A stretch of 64,000 bases of DNA, taken from contig CAYYMM010000007.1 in assembly GCA_964472395.1 (NCBI GenBank), forward strand, positions 1,911 through 65,910, read 5' to 3'. Source of the stretch: an uncultured bacterium. Its GTDB lineage: Bacteria > CSSED10-310 > CALFER01. The translations under genes were made by a program, and so were the position numbers. Position 1 is the stretch's first letter. The number at the start of each line of letters is the position of its first letter. A model generated the notes under the pieces. That model was not told where the DNA came from. It saw only the letters and a program-made list of their open reading frames with translations, and made no database searches. Shown in pieces: positions 58,801 through 64,000 of this stretch.

Positions 58801-61486
58801 TTAGCTCATGAGCGGATCTGAAGAAACGGAATTGGGAGGCGGGACGCCCCAGCATGAAAAATAGATCTGTTACCCACTCGAGACCTCGGGCAAGATCCCA
58901 GTAAGGTGTGGTTTTCGCGTTATTCACAAAAATCCGCACAATTTGAACCAGGCCATCGAGATTCCCGACCAGGATCGTGATGATTACACAGAGACATCCG
59001 ATCCACATTCTTCGGGTCAGAGTGATGGCAATCGAGGCGATCGAAAGCGCGACGAACGTCGGGATCGTCGCGAAAAACAGGTTGTAACCGTAACGCGCTT
59101 CGACTCCAGTGAACTTGGTGAGAAAGCCGGCGAGGTACTGACCGAAGTAATAGTAGTTGATTCCCTCCCCCTCGATCCATGGATCGATCGGCGGGAAATA
59201 ATCAGTCCGGAGCACGGCATTCATGAAGCCGAAGTCCATTGAACTTTCGCTCCAGAAGATATCTGGATTGTAGCTTTTCAACAGAAGGAAAATCGTCAGG
59301 ACAGAAAAGAAGAGGAGTTCATACCCGAGAACCGACCACCATCTTTCACGCCAGAATTGCCGGATCTCGCTGCGGTGACGCACCAGAAGCAGTCCATTTA
59401 AGACAGCCACCACAGTGATGACCAGCCAGATTAGTGTCTGGGAAAACGGGAATATTCTCAGGCTCGCAATCAACCAAGTGAGGTAACCCACCACCAGAAG
59501 GCCACCGGCTTTAGCAAGCGGATAGCCGGCATGTGGAAACCGGTGAAAGATGACAAACATGAGTGGGAAGACGACGAAACCAATAAGTTCAACGGCTAGA
59601 ATCCATCGAACAACGGGGAAATTGACTCGTGACCCGATTCGATCCACCGGTTCCATCGTCAGAATGTCTTCATAGGACAACTGCTTGATTTCAGGAGGTG
59701 GAGAAACGAGATATGTCAGGATCTGTTCCTTGGTCAAAACGCTCTGCTTGACAAAAACAGCCACCTTCGGATGCTCATACACCGAAAAACTCTCATCGGC
59801 AGTCTCATCCCGAAACACCATTCGACCCAGTCGTGGCGGATTTGAAAACGAGGCGGCATATCTGAAACCCAATTTTTCGGAGAACAACGCTCGATAGAAG
59901 TTGTTTGATATGGGATATCGGTCTGGTACCCGGAGAACAGACCCATAATGGCGTTTGGACGGCAAGATGATGACATCTCCTTCGGTAAGGATTTCGGCCA
60001 TCTTCGATGCTTTCTGCGCGTTATCCGGTTCCTGGTAAATCTCCAGTTTTTTCTGCTCGCCATATCGCGTCGAGTTACCCTCATCCGTGCCGATCGGCAG
60101 GCTATCATCCCAACCGCTTTCGAGCACGATTCGAGCGCCGGCGGGGATATTCTTGTACACCCAGTTGGAGGCCTCAACCCGAGTATCCGTACGGTTGTAT
60201 ACATTCAGGAACGCCAGTGCCCACAGAGCGGTCAGCCCGACAACAAGGGTCGTTGCAGCTCTGCCCCATACCCTCCCGATCTGTTTGTTGATGCCATGAA
60301 GCCATTTCGCTGCGAATATGCAGAAAAATGGTAACAGCGGCAATGTATATCGGAGAAACTTTACCTCGAACGTGCTATTGAGAATGAACAGAGGAACAAC
60401 CCAGATCAGGATGATTCGATTTCCGATATCGAGCGGCTTTTTGAAAAACCGCGCGATCGCATAAGCGAATCCGACAAATGCAGCGATTCCCAGGGGGATT
60501 CCCACCGACCAAAGCACCATGTTTTCGATCAGATACAGAAAAGGCGTCGTGTGCGCATACTGGATGGTATACGGCAACCGAACCTTTCCCGACACCATGT
60601 TGGCCTGTTCACGCACATCACGCAACCAGGTTCCGTGATCAAGAATCCAATAGGGCATGCATATGGACATGACAACGACGGAAAACACCAGGGCCAGCCC
60701 CCAGTGCATCTGGTGCGATAAACTTCTGCGGCGCTTTTCCAGCATGGCGATGAGGTGAGCGAATCCGTACACGAGATAGATTGGCAGGCTACTGAACTTG
60801 GTCGCCATCGCAAAGCCGATGAACAAAGCCGAGTAATAGTAATCTCGGTACTTTTCACCTAAACTGGCTCGAACCGCATAGTAAATCGCACATGTGATAA
60901 AAAATGTTTGGATTCCGTCCACGATATAGAAGTGAGCCTGCTGGATCGAAAGTACCGTCAGGGCGAAGAGGAGTGCGGCGAGAAGTGCCGTTTTTCGGTT
61001 GTACAAGAGTTGCGCCAAATGAAATATTACAATGATTGTCAATGTCGAAAACAAAGCAGACAAGAAACGCCCCGTCAGAGTCCTTTGCTTCAAATCGTTC
61101 ATGTTCGGAAAGTAATTGCGTATGTCATCCATCCATGCAGGGCTCAACTTCAGTGCACTCGCCAGATTGACCACATTTCGATTCACCCAGCCGACGGTTT
61201 CCGTCGTGCCTCTCAGAAGATAAATCGGCAGCGAACCATAGGCGAAGAAGTGTGGATTCATGTCTGAGAGACTGATATCCCCTGTTTTGTACATGACCTG
61301 TCGTTCGTCTGGATGGAAGTAGTGAGGCATACCCCAGTTTATTCCGTACAGGCGGAAGAACAAGCCGATGCACACGATCAGGAACAATGCCCAGTTGCGG
61401 CCTCGCGGGCGAGAGAAATGGAGTGATGAGCGGTAGGATTCCATCCTCTTAACCCTCCTTGGATGGCCGGTTTTCAGAGAATTCAT
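55871..61486 (-). CDS. Giant 1871-aa membrane protein: ArnT-like GT-C domain + Chlor_Arch_YYY (DUF2298)-like GT-C domain + coiled coil + C-terminal NHL beta-propeller
   Basis: N-terminal first loop GMPHYFHPDERQVMYK; middle domain FGFMNAVLRTDYFPPIDPWIEGEGINYYYFGQY, paralogous to the 784-aa protein; acidic/Pro linker; coiled coil LAELQQRLIQEEADRIEQERQAELARIEQ; NHL repeats (YIADFRNHRVQKF, VLDTFNNRIQKY, YVADSGRNRIVKL). Confidence 0.7.
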   Translation of the reverse strand: MNSLKTGHPRRVKRMESYRSSLHFSRPRGRNWALFLIVCIGLFFRLYGINWGMPHYFHPDERQVMYKTGDISLSDMNPHFFAYGSLPIYLLRGTTETVGWVNRNVVNLASALKLSPAWMDDIRNYFPNMNDLKQRTLTGRFLSALFSTLTIIVIFHLAQLLYNRKTALLAALLFALTVLSIQQAHFYIVDGIQTFFITCAIYYAVRASLGEKYRDYYYSALFIGFAMATKFSSLPIYLVYGFAHLIAMLEKRRRSLSHQMHWGLALVFSVVVMSICMPYWILDHGTWLRDVREQANMVSGKVRLPYTIQYAHTTPFLYLIENMVLWSVGIPLGIAAFVGFAYAIARFFKKPLDIGNRIILIWVVPLFILNSTFEVKFLRYTLPLLPFFCIFAAKWLHGINKQIGRVWGRAATTLVVGLTALWALAFLNVYNRTDTRVEASNWVYKNIPAGARIVLESGWDDSLPIGTDEGNSTRYGEQKKLEIYQEPDNAQKASKMAEILTEGDVIILPSKRHYGSVLRVPDRYPISNNFYRALFSEKLGFRYAASFSNPPRLGRMVFRDETADESFSVYEHPKVAVFVKQSVLTKEQILTYLVSPPPEIKQLSYEDILTMEPVDRIGSRVNFPVVRWILAVELIGFVVFPLMFVIFHRFPHAGYPLAKAGGLLVVGYLTWLIASLRIFPFSQTLIWLVITVVAVLNGLLLVRHRSEIRQFWRERWWSVLGYELLFFSVLTIFLLLKSYNPDIFWSESSMDFGFMNAVLRTDYFPPIDPWIEGEGINYYYFGQYLAGFLTKFTGVEARYGYNLFFATIPTFVALSIASIAITLTRRMWIGCLCVIITILVGNLDGLVQIVRIFVNNAKTTPYWDLARGLEWVTDLFFMLGRPASQFRFFRSAHELINPTVHEFPFWSYNFMDLHAHTIATFIATFCLALVFVFYRNKINQSGIFGSGITAWCTVLVAGIGFGAMIPTNSWDYPTYLLLVLLILMFFWPRSTKVEYRKSAELPIEPLPEPVTSEELPPAAATPESSLVEEIIPITAATPASVETVELENRTQTVCEEAIPLAIEPVEVQEIVTVAPGTEPVNPVNDTDQPEESDQIPDRMEQEILALAPVEEFPQPVPTKARRGLRFPVAFFRDTVSMISHLLGAIPIKRNFSQILLPWLILIGVSIALYLPYLMHFSRKDMGIGFLFEHKQTTNFDGFFTMFGFYLFILTTILIKIWIGYERGRGRSLMRVFGIGFSYVAILIVMLLGGLFFLKIDYSVFLYSLGMIGLIVYLGSKELQDGDRRFVYLISFMAFAITAGCEIVYIKDFYQGGDHRRFNTIFKFYMQAWFFFALVASYLVGVRRRVRMFAATRSGLRHRAAGWAWNLVFLFFLGSALIFTVMGPYARRHHDEYAREKLPLTLDGHAYMKTGRLQQEYRAIEWLSRNAPSDAVILEATGADYLYEFGRISANTGIPTVLGWWSHVDQREYKRDTGRIKIGIKTIYDSLDIPLVLEHLRNYNVNLIFVGKTERKQYSETGLNKFSELTDYMTPVYANSEVIIYQVNDYGINVDFAKVASGNDALAELQQRLIQEEADRIEQERQAELARIEQIRNSPPRTMYQGGEGEARGQFREPRSLDVDSEGFVYIADFRNHRVQKFDNLGNFLFLWESPISEEDKGFNDLCDIAVDKAGVYVLDTFNNRIQKYDHDGQYISEWRDADGAFFYPRGLTADGNGFLYVADSGRNRIVKLTTQGKLVKSIGTLGKGPSQFVEPIGICVSKGEVFVNDAKNRRVQVFDSELNYLREWPVNGWEGNVFVEPYIVVDQQDQVWISDPNANRLYVTDRNGTLLKTVDQRPDGRRLTLPMGLSVLPDGSILVVETHRHMITKIPNPPR

Positions 61487-63803
61487 ACAAAGCGGTCTTT
61501 TTCCCGTCGGCGTCGGTCAATTCGATCACTTTTTTCATGAAACCTTCGAACTTCTGGACATTCGCCTGCGGGTACTGTTCGCGTTCCAATCCTCCGTAAA
61601 AGATATATCGAATACCCCATTTCCGGATGAGCTGTGTTGCCTTCGTGATATCGGTTGTTGTGTAAATCTCTTTGGTATCATTGACCCGCTCACTGATCTG
61701 GTTCCATGCGCCGCGCCGCCAGATGTTTTCATGATTGGCCCATCCCAGCAATGTGCTCATACCGGTCGCAGCCGAAATTCGACCGTAATGTGAAAACGCC
61801 GGTCCGGTTGCCTCGAGTACGGTATCCGACGGCTTCCCGTTTTTTTTCAGATACTGAATCGCCTGGTAATCTCCGGGAAAACGCCACGACATGTAATAAA
61901 TCCCCTCCATCGTGACCTTCGCATACTGATTAGAAGGTTTGAAGGCAGCGAAGTGGTCGCATTTTACGGTAGTTCCCAGGATGGGAAACGCAAGCGTGAA
62001 TAGAAAGAGTATCCGGAAGGAGGTTTCCCAAAGATCCGTCCACCACGCCTTCACATGCTCTCGTATCCAGTACACACCATACAGGGACGACAATCCACAG
62101 AAGATCCATGCCTGATAATAAAACTTGAAGATTGTATTTTGTCGTTCAAGGGTCTTGCCGTAATCATCCTTGAGATAGATGAATTCGCAGCCGAGAAGAA
62201 TGAGCAGAACGACAAACAGCAGCGATAACGCGAAAAACTTGTTCTTCGAATGGATATCGTCATGGTCGAGGGGAACTCGGAGCAACAGAACGAGCAGCAG
62301 GATACATATCGCGATCATCGAGGTTCCAAATGCGACCAGACTGACGATGAAGAGAAAACCGATCGCAGACAGGATCAGGACATTCAATCGGGGCGCGAGC
62401 TCATTGAATCGGGGAACGACGAGAGCGAGAATGAAACTGATCAGACAAAAGAAAAAGAAACCGTAGATGGTGATGAAATCGTCGATGAGAGTTCGCTGCT
62501 CCGGATTGACCAGACGGGGGCCATCGGTCCCTTTAGCATCAAAATTGGCATAGTAGGGGGAGTAGAGCACAAACGAGACGGCGATCAGAGCGACAATGAT
62601 AATCATGGCTGTCGCCCAATTACGCCAGGATTTTTTTAGGGCATTTCCAGGCTTTAGGAGATTCGAGAGTTCGCGGAACGGCGTCAGTAGCATTGCACCG
62701 AATGTCGAAGCGGAAGTTTTAAGAAAAAACTGTCGACCGAACACGAATGTCAGTGTGAGAATGCTATAGTATGTGGGGAGATCCCATGTGTTGGCCGCCG
62801 GGATGGCACCAAGAGCAATCGCAACGAAAAACAGCCGGAAATAGAGATCTCGACCCTTTCCCAAAATGGACAGACCATCCCCCGCGGATCGAAGCACTTC
62901 CAGGGAAATCGCAAGCACAGCGAGAGAAAACGGTACGACATTGACGTGTGCATGTAAATCACCCAGGATGTAACTCCAGAATGGAAACTCATTGATTGTG
63001 ATGTCCACCCCCTCACGCACAATCACTCGAGAACTCATCCACCAGTTGAACCATTGAAACGGATACAACTGACCATTCCCAAACACAACCTTTCCGATTT
63101 GAGTAAACGTCTGAAAGATGGCATCGAGATTTCCGATGAACGCAACGAACATGCCTCCCATGAAAGCGTATCCACGGCGTCCGGTCAGTGCGAACGAAAT
63201 CGAGGTGGCATTTAGAAATGTGATCGCGAACAGAAACGCGATTCCAAGATTGAACGTGAACTCAGGTGCGATTCCCGACAGTTTGCTTAGAAGCGCTATC
63301 TGATAGTGCCCATAGTAGAAATAGTTGATTGTCCCGCCATGATACCAGGTATCTTTCGGCGGAAAATACTCACTGTTCAAAATCGCCGTCAGAAATGCAA
63401 AATCGGGCATCTTCTCTGTCGAGGCGATATCCGGATTGCACATCCGGATGATTCCAAAGAACACAAAACACCCCAGAAATGTCAGTTCAGTGAATAGGAC
63501 ATGTGGGCGGTTTTCTTTGAAATAACGAAGTATCTCCCCGAGGGGTTCCTGCGTCAGGAAATAGGATAGGCAAGCTATAATGACGAGAGTCGTAGCGATC
63601 GAGACAAGAGAGAACGGGAGAATGTGTAAACTGCACAGAATCCAGTTGAAGAAGCAAACTGCCACCAAACCGATCCCTTTTGTCAGAAGATATCCTCGAT
63701 CAGGAAATGACCTGAAAAAGCGTCGGGTCAGAGGCAACGCTAGGAGACCGATGATGCTGATCAACAACCACCAATGAACGATGTACATGATTCCGGAGAT
63801 CAT
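61449..63803 (-). CDS. Chlor_Arch_YYY/DUF2298-like polytopic membrane protein (putative GT-C glycosyltransferase), 784 aa
   Basis: FAFLTAILNSEYFPPKDTWYHGGTINYFYYGHY parallels the middle domain of the 1871-aa protein. There are >15 TM helices, plus a soluble C-terminal domain (YIFYGGLEREQYPQANVQKF) homologous to the corresponding region of the giant protein. Confidence 0.7.
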   Translation of the reverse strand: MISGIMYIVHWWLLISIIGLLALPLTRRFFRSFPDRGYLLTKGIGLVAVCFFNWILCSLHILPFSLVSIATTLVIIACLSYFLTQEPLGEILRYFKENRPHVLFTELTFLGCFVFFGIIRMCNPDIASTEKMPDFAFLTAILNSEYFPPKDTWYHGGTINYFYYGHYQIALLSKLSGIAPEFTFNLGIAFLFAITFLNATSISFALTGRRGYAFMGGMFVAFIGNLDAIFQTFTQIGKVVFGNGQLYPFQWFNWWMSSRVIVREGVDITINEFPFWSYILGDLHAHVNVVPFSLAVLAISLEVLRSAGDGLSILGKGRDLYFRLFFVAIALGAIPAANTWDLPTYYSILTLTFVFGRQFFLKTSASTFGAMLLTPFRELSNLLKPGNALKKSWRNWATAMIIIVALIAVSFVLYSPYYANFDAKGTDGPRLVNPEQRTLIDDFITIYGFFFFCLISFILALVVPRFNELAPRLNVLILSAIGFLFIVSLVAFGTSMIAICILLLVLLLRVPLDHDDIHSKNKFFALSLLFVVLLILLGCEFIYLKDDYGKTLERQNTIFKFYYQAWIFCGLSSLYGVYWIREHVKAWWTDLWETSFRILFLFTLAFPILGTTVKCDHFAAFKPSNQYAKVTMEGIYYMSWRFPGDYQAIQYLKKNGKPSDTVLEATGPAFSHYGRISAATGMSTLLGWANHENIWRRGAWNQISERVNDTKEIYTTTDITKATQLIRKWGIRYIFYGGLEREQYPQANVQKFEGFMKKVIELTDADGKKTALYEFSENRPSKEG

Positions 63804-63863
63804 CGCACCTCCTATGCATCCTGATCGGGTCCGACTGAAGGATCAGAGCGATTCAGAGAAGTC

Positions 63864-64000
63864 TCAGTGCTTTTCTGCGTTGAAAACCTGAACCCGATGA
63901 TTCATCGAATCCACAACGAATACCTTGTTTGACGCGATGGTGACGCCGACCGGATTCTTGAACAGATCCTTTGTCGATCCTTCCTGACCCCAGAACGCCT
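63864..64000 (-). CDS. NHL-repeat protein, C-terminal fragment (gene continues beyond window end)
   Basis: The reverse strand translates ...FVVDSMNHRVQVFNAEKH*, a canonical NHL repeat. Stop at 63864-63866. Confidence 0.55.
   Translation of the reverse strand, partial: AFWGQEGSTKDLFKNPVGVTIASNKVFVVDSMNHRVQVFNAEKH

Overview
This 64 kb window is high-GC (roughly 58%), gene-dense bacterial chromosome. TonB-dependent receptor, TatA and lipoprotein signals suggest a diderm organism. The thrS-infC-rpmI-rplT / dxs-tlyA-nadK-recN backbone has Firmicutes-like synteny. Left to right it contains: the 3' part of sbcC (Rad50-like, zinc hook) translationally coupled to a DUF202 membrane protein; a TPR-thioredoxin fusion; an asparagine-synthetase-like gene without the Cys nucleophile, divergent from a repeat-laden intergenic region with an SD-preceded sORF; a heterodimeric ABC exporter pair; a DUF559 endonuclease-like gene and LMW-PTP arsC flanking GCGAAGC mini-hairpin repeats; a low-GC secreted Pro/Thr-linker protein; a TonB-dependent receptor with a secreted protein carrying two CxxCH motifs; a GT28 MGDG-synthase-like gene; a methyltransferase - peptide-ABC SBP - fused DppBC permease - iron-sulfur flavoprotein operon with no ATPase; two tandem diverged paralogs of unknown function co-operonic with a trans-polyprenyl diphosphate synthase; a housekeeping block (recN, nadK, tlyA, dxs, rny, zapA-like, rplT, rpmI, infC, thrS, tRNA-Val); a 1514-aa secreted HExxH multidomain protein; and tatA. 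The final ~18 kb is the strongest candidate for an undescribed system: an envelope glycosylation supercluster with two polyprenol-phosphate-sugar GT2 synthases, a methyltransferase, a Wzx/MOP flippase, and at least four giant GT-C-fold membrane proteins (ArnT/PMT-like and Chlor_Arch_YYY/DUF2298-like) fused to NHL beta-propellers. No transposases, integrases, CRISPR arrays or rRNA were seen.
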